The notes beneath the pieces were generated by a model. That model was given only the letters and a program-made list of their open reading frames with translations, had not been told where the DNA came from and ran no database searches. 64,000 nt of DNA from a virus. The DNA is taken from IMG/VR virus record IMGVR_UViG_3300020394_000003, positions 64,001 to 128,000 of that record. The stretch is one strand, 5' to 3'. Numbering within the stretch: position 1 is the stretch's first letter; each line of letters starts with the position of its first letter. The position numbers and the translations under genes are program-made. Below are positions 38,156 to 46,466 of this stretch, in pieces.

Positions 38156-39742
38156 ATGAGTACGCAGCTATCCAAAAATGATAAGTTAAAAGAAATTTTA
38201 AAGTGTGGTAAAGACCCTAGCTACTTTTTAAAAAATTACGCTAAAATTTCTCATCCAATGCATGGCTTGATTCCATTTAAAACCTATGGGTTTCAAGATG
38301 AACTGCTAGAAAACTTTAATGACCACCGGTTTAATATTATCCTAAAAGCCCGTCAGTTAGGTATTTCTACTATTACGGCAGGATATATTGTATGGCTTAT
38401 GATGTTTCGTCGTGACAAGAACGTACTTGTCATGGCAACCAAGTTTGGCACCGCAGCCAACTTGGTTAAAAAAGTAAAGTCAATTGTAAATCATTTACCG
38501 CCATGGCTAAAGATAACAGATATTAAGATTGATAACCGTACCTCATTTGAGCTAGACAACGGTTCGCAGATTAAGGCCTCTTCGACCTCGTTTGACGCAG
38601 GTCGCTCAGAGGCTTTGTCTCTTTTGGTTATTGATGAGGCTGCACACGTTGATGGTCTTGAAGAACTATGGACGGGCTTATACCCCACGCTGTCCACGGG
38701 TGGTCGCTGTATCGCCCTATCCACCCCTGCAGGCGTTGGTAACTGGTTTCATCAGACATTTATTGACGCTGCCGCTGAACAAAATGACTTTCATCCAATA
38801 ACTCTTCCGTGGGACGTGCATCCAGACAGAGACCAGCAGTGGTTTGAGAAAGAGACTAGAAATATGTCTCGCCGTCAAATTGCACAAGAGCTTGAATGCA
38901 ACTTCAACACTTCCGGTGACAGCGTTGTAGATCCAGATGATATTGCTTATTTGCTCGACAACGTAAAAGAGCCTCAGTATAGAACAGGATTTGATAGAAA
39001 TTATTGGATTTGGGAGCAGAATATACCGGAAGCTAGTTATCTTTTGGTCGCAGACGTTGCCCGCGGTGACGGCATCGATAGCTCAGCATTTCATGTTATT
39101 AAGCTAGAGACTATGGAAGTTGTTGCAGAATATAAAGGAAAACCTACAATTGATACATATTCTAAGATATTATATGATACGGGAGTAGAGTATGGAAATT
39201 GCCTACTAGTCGTAGAAAATGTTGGAGTTGGCTACTCGGTGCTAGAAAAACTTATAGAGCTTGGTTATCCAAATCTTTATTACTCGGTTAAATCAACACA
39301 TGAGTATGTAGAGCAATATCAGGCAGAAACTATGAACAATGCTGTTGCCGGATTTACCACTTCTACTAAAACTAGACCATTAGTTATTGCAAAATTAGAA
39401 GAGTTCATCAGAAACAAACTAATTAGAATATATTCTAGCAGAACTGTAGAGGAGATAAAAACTTTTATTTGGTACAATGGCAAACCGCAGGCAATGCGCG
39501 GCTACTCAGACGATTTGATTATGGCACTCGCTATTGCATGTTGGATTAGAGACACCGCGTTAACAGTAAATCAAAGAGACTTAGAGTACCAAAAAGCGTT
39601 TCTAACTTCAATACAAACTACTAGTAGACAGTTGAAAACTACAATTCCCGGTATGCATGGCCACCGGCAAGGAAAGGCCGATAGAATAACAGACGAGCAA
39701 AAAAAGATGATAAAAGACTTTTTGTGGGTTTATAAGGGGTAA
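38156..39742 (+). CDS. terL: Terminase large subunit (T4 gp17-like)
   Basis: Walker A KARQLGIST, Walker B LLVIDEAA, LSTPAG coupling motif, QELECNF, and RNase-H nuclease motifs ADVARGDG and DDLIMALA. Confidence 0.95.
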   Translation: MSTQLSKNDKLKEILKCGKDPSYFLKNYAKISHPMHGLIPFKTYGFQDELLENFNDHRFNIILKARQLGISTITAGYIVWLMMFRRDKNVLVMATKFGTAANLVKKVKSIVNHLPPWLKITDIKIDNRTSFELDNGSQIKASSTSFDAGRSEALSLLVIDEAAHVDGLEELWTGLYPTLSTGGRCIALSTPAGVGNWFHQTFIDAAAEQNDFHPITLPWDVHPDRDQQWFEKETRNMSRRQIAQELECNFNTSGDSVVDPDDIAYLLDNVKEPQYRTGFDRNYWIWEQNIPEASYLLVADVARGDGIDSSAFHVIKLETMEVVAEYKGKPTIDTYSKILYDTGVEYGNCLLVVENVGVGYSVLEKLIELGYPNLYYSVKSTHEYVEQYQAETMNNAVAGFTTSTKTRPLVIAKLEEFIRNKLIRIYSSRTVEEIKTFIWYNGKPQAMRGYSDDLIMALAIACWIRDTALTVNQRDLEYQKAFLTSIQTTSRQLKTTIPGMHGHRQGKADRITDEQKKMIKDFLWVYKG

Positions 39743-39744
39743 AA

Positions 39745-41745
39745 ATGGCAGACAATACTAAAAATCCAAGAAACAATCAATCGGAACTTTTCCGTAGACT
39801 AACCAGACTCTTTTCTGGGCCAATTATTAACTACAGAAGCCAATCTGGTAGAAGAATCAAGAGGCAGCATTTAGATAAGTACTCCTCGACATTTAAGTCT
39901 GCCAGTGGCCAGCAGTTCAAGAAAAGCACATATAATCCTTTAGATAGAATTTCTCACGACGCGATTGCAAACCAGCGAAGAGCCGAAAGGTACGTAGATT
40001 TTGATCAAATGGAGTATATGCCAGAACTAGCATCTGCGTTAGATATCTATGCTGACGAGATGACTACGGCATCCGACTTATCTCCTATGATCAAGATCAA
40101 CTGTGTCAATGAAGAGATTAAGGCTGTTTTGTCAACTTTGTACACCAACATCCTTAACCTTGACGCCAACTTGTTTGGCTGGTGTCGCACTATGTGTAAG
40201 TATGGTGACTTTTTCCTGTATCTCGACTTAGACGAAAATTTTGGAATTCGAACCGTTTTGCCCATGCCCCCACAAGAAGTAGAGAGGCTAGAAGGCCAAG
40301 ATACAACGAACCCAAACTATGTCCAGTATCAGTGGAACTCTGCAGGAATGACGTTTGAAAATTGGCAGATTTCACATTTTAGAATCCTTGGTCACGACAA
40401 GTATGCTCCGTATGGAACATCAATCCTAGAGCCGGCCCGACGTATTTGGCGCCAATTAACACTTATTGAGGACGCAATGATGGCCTATAGGGTCATCAGA
40501 TCACCTGAACGCCGAGTCTTCTATATCGATGTTGGGCAGGTCAATCCGGCTGATGTAGAGCAGTACATGCAAAAAATCATCACGCAGATGAAAAGACATC
40601 AGGTTCTAGATGATTCATCCGGCCGTGTTGACTTGCGCTATAACCCTATGTCCGTAGAAGAGGATTACTATATTCCTGTCCGTGGTCAACAGTCTAACAC
40701 AAGAATTGAAAATCTTGCTGGTGGGCAGCACGCCACCGCAATTGATGATGTTAAATATCTCCGCGATAAATTATTCTCAGCGCTAAAGATTCCACAGTCT
40801 TATCTTACTATGGGCGAGGGAGCGGAAGAAGACAAAACAACGCTGGCTCAAAAAGACATTCGCTTTGCCAGAACAATTCAGAGACTTCAACGTGTTGTAA
40901 TCAGCGAACTAGAAAAGATTGGTATTGTTCACCTGTATACACTAGGCTTTAGAGGGGATGACCTTTTAAGTTTTAAAATTTCATTAAACAACCCATCACG
41001 AATTGCAGAGTTACAAGAGCTTGAGCACTGGAGAACTAAGTTCGAAGTTGCCGGCGGCGCTACAGAAGGATACTTTTCTCGTCGCTGGGTAGCCCAACAC
41101 CTATTTTCAATGTCAGAAGAAGAGTTTCTTCGCAATCAACGTGAAATCTTCTATGATAGAAAATACGACGCAGGACTGCAAGCAGTTGCAGAATCCGCTG
41201 CTGCAGAGGCGGCTGGCATGGGAGGCATGCCGCCAGCCGGGGGTGAGCCCGGAGGTCTTGGTGGAGGCGATGAAGGTGGCCTAGGCGCCGATCCCGGCGG
41301 CGCGGCTCCATTAGGCGGCGAAACAGAAATGCCCCCAGACGCCGCGGCCGATCCCGGCGCAGAACCCGCCCCAGAGCCCGAAACTGGTGATCTCTTGGCC
41401 GCTCCCCCCGGCTCCAGACCTTCGCCTAGAATGCATCAAGGTCCGCGCAGCCACAGCCCCAAGAGATATGACCCCGTAAAGGTCGATGGGCGTGATATGG
41501 GTGCTAGAAAAAGATCTTATAATAGTATTGGCCGACCAGAGTTTGGCACTTATAGAACAACAAACTTGGGAGCTTCAGAGTTGCGAAGCTTATCTAAAGG
41601 TGTATTTACTGAAGAACGTTCTAATTATACAGACACAGATGTGCTCGAAGAGAGTCGATTGTTTGAGATTAATCATGAGGTTAGGACACTAATCAACAAC
41701 TTAGAAAGAAATTCGGAGCATTCAAAAGATGAAAATGAAGCATAA
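39745..41745 (+). CDS. gp20: Portal protein (T4 gp20-like) with a long low-complexity C-terminal extension
   Basis: EDAMMAYRVIRSPERRVFYIDVG, EEDYYIPVRG, DDVKYLRDKLFSALKIP, DIRFARTIQRLQ. Confidence 0.95.
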   Translation: MADNTKNPRNNQSELFRRLTRLFSGPIINYRSQSGRRIKRQHLDKYSSTFKSASGQQFKKSTYNPLDRISHDAIANQRRAERYVDFDQMEYMPELASALDIYADEMTTASDLSPMIKINCVNEEIKAVLSTLYTNILNLDANLFGWCRTMCKYGDFFLYLDLDENFGIRTVLPMPPQEVERLEGQDTTNPNYVQYQWNSAGMTFENWQISHFRILGHDKYAPYGTSILEPARRIWRQLTLIEDAMMAYRVIRSPERRVFYIDVGQVNPADVEQYMQKIITQMKRHQVLDDSSGRVDLRYNPMSVEEDYYIPVRGQQSNTRIENLAGGQHATAIDDVKYLRDKLFSALKIPQSYLTMGEGAEEDKTTLAQKDIRFARTIQRLQRVVISELEKIGIVHLYTLGFRGDDLLSFKISLNNPSRIAELQELEHWRTKFEVAGGATEGYFSRRWVAQHLFSMSEEEFLRNQREIFYDRKYDAGLQAVAESAAAEAAGMGGMPPAGGEPGGLGGGDEGGLGADPGGAAPLGGETEMPPDAAADPGAEPAPEPETGDLLAAPPGSRPSPRMHQGPRSHSPKRYDPVKVDGRDMGARKRSYNSIGRPEFGTYRTTNLGASELRSLSKGVFTEERSNYTDTDVLEESRLFEINHEVRTLINNLERNSEHSKDENEA

Positions 41746-42550
41746 CAAAAAAAGAAATACAGCAATTTTGTATGAAATCTTAACACAACAATTTACGCAC
41801 GCTATTGTCAACAAAGATGCTAGCAAGAAAAATGAGATTGCTCAAATTTTAAAAAAGTATTTTAGACAAGGAACTGTACTAGCTGAAGAATTAGAGCTTT
41901 ACAAAGCACTATATGAAACTAAAGGATTAGAAAAAGGCTTATGTGAAAGACTGGTTACAGAGGTCTCACGCGCACACGCCTCAATTGATAAGACTAAAGT
42001 CTACGAACAACAGTCAGAGTTGATTAGCACAATTAATAAAAGAATTTCCCCAAACGCCTTCAAGACGTTTGTTCCAAATTATAAAAGCTTAGCTTCAATT
42101 GCCCAGCTATTTAGTCCAGAAGTTACTATCAAAAATAAAGTTCTTCTCGAACAAAATCTTGTTAATATCATGTCAGAGATGGTTGACGAGAAAAAAGAAG
42201 AACTGCTGCCAATCGATAATATTGTTTATAGCAAGTTTGTCGAGCGTTTTAACGAAAAATATTCTGATGGCTTGCTGCAGGAGCAGAAAGAACTGATAAG
42301 TAATTATATCTCCTCGTTCGCAGATAATGGAGTCGGTCTCAAGGTATATTTAAACGAAGAGATCACCCGTCTTAAAGAAGAACTAGGTCAGGCCTTAAAT
42401 TCAGAAATGTTTACACAAGATAGTGACATGAAAGAAAAAGCTGAAAAAGTTTATACTATTTTAGAACAATCAAACAAGACCAAGGTTGATAAAGCGTTTG
42501 TGCAAAAAATTGCAAAAATTCAATCCTTAGTTAAGGAGTTAGTTGATTAA
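41729..42550 (+). CDS. Helical prohead-associated hypothetical protein
   Basis: Follows the portal; KHNKKRNT N-terminus; helical, with several L-x-E sites. Confidence 0.55.
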   Translation: MKMKHNKKRNTAILYEILTQQFTHAIVNKDASKKNEIAQILKKYFRQGTVLAEELELYKALYETKGLEKGLCERLVTEVSRAHASIDKTKVYEQQSELISTINKRISPNAFKTFVPNYKSLASIAQLFSPEVTIKNKVLLEQNLVNIMSEMVDEKKEELLPIDNIVYSKFVERFNEKYSDGLLQEQKELISNYISSFADNGVGLKVYLNEEITRLKEELGQALNSEMFTQDSDMKEKAEKVYTILEQSNKTKVDKAFVQKIAKIQSLVKELVD

Positions 42551-43092
42551 TGGCTATTAAGATCAAAATTGGAACAAAGAATAAACCAGAGCCAGTAAGT
42601 CGAAAATTTGAATTAAAAATTCGAAAGTCACTTGATGGAAATTTGATGATCTTTGATCATGCCGATATTGATATTGTAATCATGCCATCAAAAAAGAAAA
42701 TTTTGGCTCTACCAAAAGAGACAATGAATGACGCCGCATACGGAGCACAGAACCGCCTAATGGCTCACCTTAGAAGAAAGGGTCTAATAGATCTAGCTTC
42801 AGTACAGGGTGGCAACATTTATGGCTCAATGGAGGCAATCCTAGCAGAAAGCGTCGATGGTCTTGACTCTGTAAAGATGACACTCTTAAATGTAGATAAG
42901 TTTATTGATGAAGAGCGTCCTTACTTTGATTTTGTACGCGCTGCTGTTGATCAGGCGGAAGACATGTACACAGATCCAGAAGATCTGCATTCTACTGAGC
43001 TTGGCGATGTGCCACACGCAGATACCAAAGGCTCGCTACAACCGGGCTATGTTAGAGATCCTTATGGATTATCGTCACTTTACAAAATTTAG
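42550..43092 (+). CDS. Hypothetical head-module protein
   Basis: 180 aa; TAATG coupling; AAGGAG SD. Confidence 0.6.
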   Translation: MAIKIKIGTKNKPEPVSRKFELKIRKSLDGNLMIFDHADIDIVIMPSKKKILALPKETMNDAAYGAQNRLMAHLRRKGLIDLASVQGGNIYGSMEAILAESVDGLDSVKMTLLNVDKFIDEERPYFDFVRAAVDQAEDMYTDPEDLHSTELGDVPHADTKGSLQPGYVRDPYGLSSLYKI

Positions 43093-43101
43093 AGGTGAAA
43101 A

Positions 43102-43440
43102 TTGGGTAGCTTATATGTAATGAACCTAGTATGGTTCATCTTATGTGCCTACGGGCTAACACAGATTATTGTATACGGCAGTATATTCAATAAGATAAGA
43201 CCTTCTAAGACATGGCTTGCCGGGTTTGGTGAATTATTTCACTGCCCAATGTGTATGGGATTCTGGGTTGGTGTTTTTTTGTTTTGCATTTCTCCGTATA
43301 CTGAACTATTTACCTTTGAGCAAACTATGGCAAATATTTTTATTTGTGGCTGGGTTTCATCTGGGACCTCATACATAATGAATGTTTTATTTTGTGATAA
43401 CGGAGTTCAACTGGGGGTAAACAGTAAAAATGAAAATTGA
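43102..43440 (+). CDS. DUF1360-like membrane protein with CxxC
   Basis: Hydrophobic helices and the GELFHCPMCMGFWVG motif; start is either TTG 43102 (GAGGTG SD) or ATG 43120. Confidence 0.65.
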   Translation: MGSLYVMNLVWFILCAYGLTQIIVYGSIFNKIRPSKTWLAGFGELFHCPMCMGFWVGVFLFCISPYTELFTFEQTMANIFICGWVSSGTSYIMNVLFCDNGVQLGVNSKNEN

Positions 43441-43729
43441 TAAAGAAGAGCTAGAAAAAATTATTTTAGAAGAAGTTATGAAAGAAATGGATACCTCCGC
43501 TACTGCTATTAAAAAAGGCATGAGAGGCCAGCAGATGCAGAAAAATGTTTCTTCAGCAGGCACCGGCGGCCGCGAAACCATTGCGCGACTTCAAAGAGTA
43601 ATTCAAACAATTGGTCAACAAAAAATGTCGACCGTGCCAGCACAAGTAAAGATGGCTTTGCAAAAATTAGAAGCGGCTTTGGGCATTCAATCCAATGCCG
43701 GTGCTACACAACAAGGAGATGCACAATGA
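43430..43729 (+). CDS. Putative internal head protein
   Basis: MKIDKEELEKIILEEVMKE leader resembles that of 37329; late motif ACTATTTA upstream at 43305-43312. Confidence 0.55.
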   Translation: MKIDKEELEKIILEEVMKEMDTSATAIKKGMRGQQMQKNVSSAGTGGRETIARLQRVIQTIGQQKMSTVPAQVKMALQKLEAALGIQSNAGATQQGDAQ

Positions 43730-43815
43730 GAAACATTTGGACTAGTAAGTGGCTTCTGCAGCCTGTTCGACGCTGCTGCAAGGGCTCCATATTCACGCGG
43801 GTGGTGCCCGCATAG
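43726..43815 (+). CDS. Unannotated 29-aa Cys-Cys peptide MRNIWTSKWLLQPVRRCCKGSIFTRVVPA
   Basis: ATGA overlap with the upstream stop, AAGGAG SD at 43713-43718, and it fills the gap before the protease gene. Confidence 0.55.
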   Translation: MRNIWTSKWLLQPVRRCCKGSIFTRVVPA

Positions 43816-43825
43816 GTTATAGGTT

Positions 43826-44425
43826 ATGAAAAAGGTACTTTTAAGAGAATATTACGAACTTTGTGAGGGTGGTGTCTGCCAAGATCTCCTCACAGAGGAA
43901 GAAAAAAGATTTGTTGCAGACGGAGGTATGATCCTGTCTGGCGTAATGCAGCGCGCTGACGCACAGAACGGTAATGGAAGAGTGTACCCACAAAAAGTTT
44001 TGATGAGAGAAGTTGAAAACTATGGAAAGTTAGTTAAAGAACGCCGTGCCCTAGGCGAACTCGACCACCCAGAGGACTCAGTTATTAATCTCAAAAACGC
44101 ATCTCACCTTGTAACTGATATTTGGTGGGATAACAAAGATGTCATGGGCAAAGTAAAGGTATTAAATACGCCCTCTGGTAAAGTGTTGCAAGAGTTGGTA
44201 AACAGCGGCGTCAAGCTTGGAATATCTTCTCGCGGCTTGGGTTCCGTACACGAATCCACGGGCGGCACTATCGTGGAAGACGACTTCCAGCTAATTTGTT
44301 TCGATTTTGTGTCAGAACCATCTACTGTTGGAGCATTTATGATGAAAGAGCATAAGGAGCCCAACGTTTTTACAAAAGCAGATAAAGTTAACCGCATCTT
44401 AAATGATATTTTGAGTGAAAAATGA
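43826..44425 (+). CDS. gp21: Prohead maturation protease (T4 gp21-like, peptidase S77)
   Basis: NGNGRVYP, ALGELDHP (catalytic His), GISSRGLGS (catalytic Ser), FDFVSEPS. Confidence 0.95.
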   Translation: MKKVLLREYYELCEGGVCQDLLTEEEKRFVADGGMILSGVMQRADAQNGNGRVYPQKVLMREVENYGKLVKERRALGELDHPEDSVINLKNASHLVTDIWWDNKDVMGKVKVLNTPSGKVLQELVNSGVKLGISSRGLGSVHESTGGTIVEDDFQLICFDFVSEPSTVGAFMMKEHKEPNVFTKADKVNRILNDILSEK

Positions 44426-44865
44426 ATAAGAAAGAATTGAAAGCAGCCCTGAAGCCATTAATCAAAGAGTGCATCAAGGAGGTGATGTTTGAAGAAGGCG
44501 TGTTATCCTCGGTCATCCAAGAAGTTGTCAAGGGAACGTCTGCACAAATGGTAACAGAGGTAGAGAGGAAGGTGGCACCTGCACGGACTCAAAAAGAACG
44601 AGTCCGTACAGGTCGCCCCGATCCGGCTCAAGCACTACAAGAAAGAAAAAGTAAATTATTAAATGCTATTGGGGCTGACGCATTCAATGGCATCGATATT
44701 TTTGAGGGTACAACCCCGGCCTCGCAGGGGAGAACAGTGGGTGAAGGAAAACACATGCCGGATGTACTAGGCGATGATCCAACTGATGCGGGGGTTGATA
44801 TCAGCAATCTTTTCGCTTCATCAGGACACTCATGGGATATCCTTGCTAGAGGAAATAAAAAATAA
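44422..44865 (+). CDS. Putative prohead core/internal protein
   Basis: MNKKELKAALKPLIKECIKEVMFEE leader with I-x-E sites; coupled to the protease. Confidence 0.55.
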   Translation: MNKKELKAALKPLIKECIKEVMFEEGVLSSVIQEVVKGTSAQMVTEVERKVAPARTQKERVRTGRPDPAQALQERKSKLLNAIGADAFNGIDIFEGTTPASQGRTVGEGKHMPDVLGDDPTDAGVDISNLFASSGHSWDILARGNKK

Positions 44866-45101
44866 TGGCAGTTAATGTTTCAGTTAAAGCTCGTAGAAAT
44901 GAGCACTCCGATAGGTTAATCCGTCGGTTTATTAAAAAGTGTAAGAAAGAAAAGGTTGTTGAGAAGTATCGTGAGCGCACTGATTTTTACCAAAAGCCTT
45001 CTGTTAAAAGAAGAAATAAAAAAAGACGAGCCGAGCGCATGCGAGAGATCGAACGATTAAAGCGTGAAAAATATACACAACGCGCTAAATACAGAAAGTA
45101 A
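44865..45101 (+). CDS. rpsU: Phage-encoded 30S ribosomal protein bS21
   Basis: V.V....E..DRLIRRFIKKCKKE.V....RER..FYQKPSVKRR matches the bS21 consensus; 78 aa, very basic. Confidence 0.9.
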   Translation: MAVNVSVKARRNEHSDRLIRRFIKKCKKEKVVEKYRERTDFYQKPSVKRRNKKRRAERMREIERLKREKYTQRAKYRK

Positions 45102-45135
45102 ATGTTTGAAGAGTTGGATATCTTCTCAATCGCAT

Positions 45136-45143
45136 ACTATTTA
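45136..45143 (+). promoter_or_regulatory. Putative late promoter motif ACTATTTA
   Basis: Intergenic, before the AGGAG SD and ATG 45179; heads the fibre array. Confidence 0.6.
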
Positions 45144-45178
45144 CAAAAAGCACATATTGCAATTTAGGAGATTAAATA

Positions 45179-45571
45179 ATGTCAATCAAACAGCCCTATT
45201 CAACTAGCATACGAAACGTTGGCTCGTATCAGTCCTCTGGCCGGCCATGGTGCCAAGGGAATATTAACGCGAGTACCGTCCAGCAAGTCGATTTTCCATT
45301 TGTAACACGATGGATTTGTATCATCAACAATCACGCCACACAAGATCTTAAAGTAGGATTTTCGTCCGCCGGCGTAGCTGGATCAAATTATTTTACTGTT
45401 CCCGCCGCTGGCACCACCACCACACCCGGACCCGCATCTTCAATTAGACTAGAACTCAAATGTGCGTCCATTTACCTATTAGGCTCTGGTGAAGTCGATG
45501 TTGTTGCGGGATTGACAAATATTCCAAGAGATCAAATGCCTTCCTTAGCGGGCGCAGACGGTATCGGCTAA
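45179..45571 (+). CDS. Small beta-rich virion protein
   Basis: NVGSYQSSGRPW...VDFPFVTRWICI; 130 aa; first gene of the fibre array. Confidence 0.55.
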   Translation: MSIKQPYSTSIRNVGSYQSSGRPWCQGNINASTVQQVDFPFVTRWICIINNHATQDLKVGFSSAGVAGSNYFTVPAAGTTTTPGPASSIRLELKCASIYLLGSGEVDVVAGLTNIPRDQMPSLAGADGIG

Positions 45572-45585
45572 TAGGAGTTCAATAA

Positions 45586-46440
45586 ATGAGTTTCGGATGG
45601 GCATACATCAACTGCGAAGATATCGCCATTACAAATATGAGCGGACCTACGGGTTCGATTTTAGTTCGTTCTGATACGTTTGAGGTTTCTGGTACACAGA
45701 ACTTCATGCTATATCATGAGCCTAGTACCGGAGGCCCACGGCATAATTTGTCTCTAACGGGCTCGTTTAGACAGCTAGGAGATTATAACGTCACAGGAGC
45801 AGTGTCGGTTACAGGTTCTGTAAATGTACTAGGTCCTGTAAAAATGTGGTCTGATTTGGTTGTAGAGGGCAACGTTGTCGCCAATACCTTCGATGTTGTG
45901 CACACAACTTTGACCGAAGTACAGTCTTCTGGTAGCACACGTTTCGGCAATGATACTAATGATACCCATGTGATCACAGGTAGGACCACATTTGCTGGCG
46001 CCGGCGCTGACCCTTACCCTGCTATGGTTGTTACTGCATCAGCCGCAGCACCCGGCTCCGGTAATACATCTTATATTGGTTTAAGAACAAAGCGCCCTCC
46101 TACAACTCTAGCCGTTAGTGGGAGCTTTTCAAAGCAATATGATCCGCACTATATTGGCACAACTACAATTAATTTAACAAACAATATTACAGGTTCAATT
46201 ATTGGCGTTAAGAATGGCGGAGCAGTTAACATTACGCTACCTACAGCCCATGCTACACCCGGTAGAATTTTAATTATTAAAGACGAATCCCTAACCCAAC
46301 CAAGAACTAGCGGTAACAAGATAACAGTTTCTTGTCAGTCTGGTGAACAAATTGATGATCAAAACGAATATTACATAATGGGTTCACGCGCTGCCCTGAC
46401 TCTGTATGCAGACGGAGTAAATCAGTGGTTTATCTTCTAA
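45586..46440 (+). CDS. Short fibre/adaptor protein with the shared C-terminal TLP...KDE...ID domain
   Basis: Beta-helix-like VTGS repeats; C-terminus ITLPTAHATPGRILIIKDE...QWFIF. Confidence 0.6.
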   Translation: MSFGWAYINCEDIAITNMSGPTGSILVRSDTFEVSGTQNFMLYHEPSTGGPRHNLSLTGSFRQLGDYNVTGAVSVTGSVNVLGPVKMWSDLVVEGNVVANTFDVVHTTLTEVQSSGSTRFGNDTNDTHVITGRTTFAGAGADPYPAMVVTASAAAPGSGNTSYIGLRTKRPPTTLAVSGSFSKQYDPHYIGTTTINLTNNITGSIIGVKNGGAVNITLPTAHATPGRILIIKDESLTQPRTSGNKITVSCQSGEQIDDQNEYYIMGSRAALTLYADGVNQWFIF

Positions 46441-46466
46441 GTCATGATTTCAGGAGGGCTGCATAA

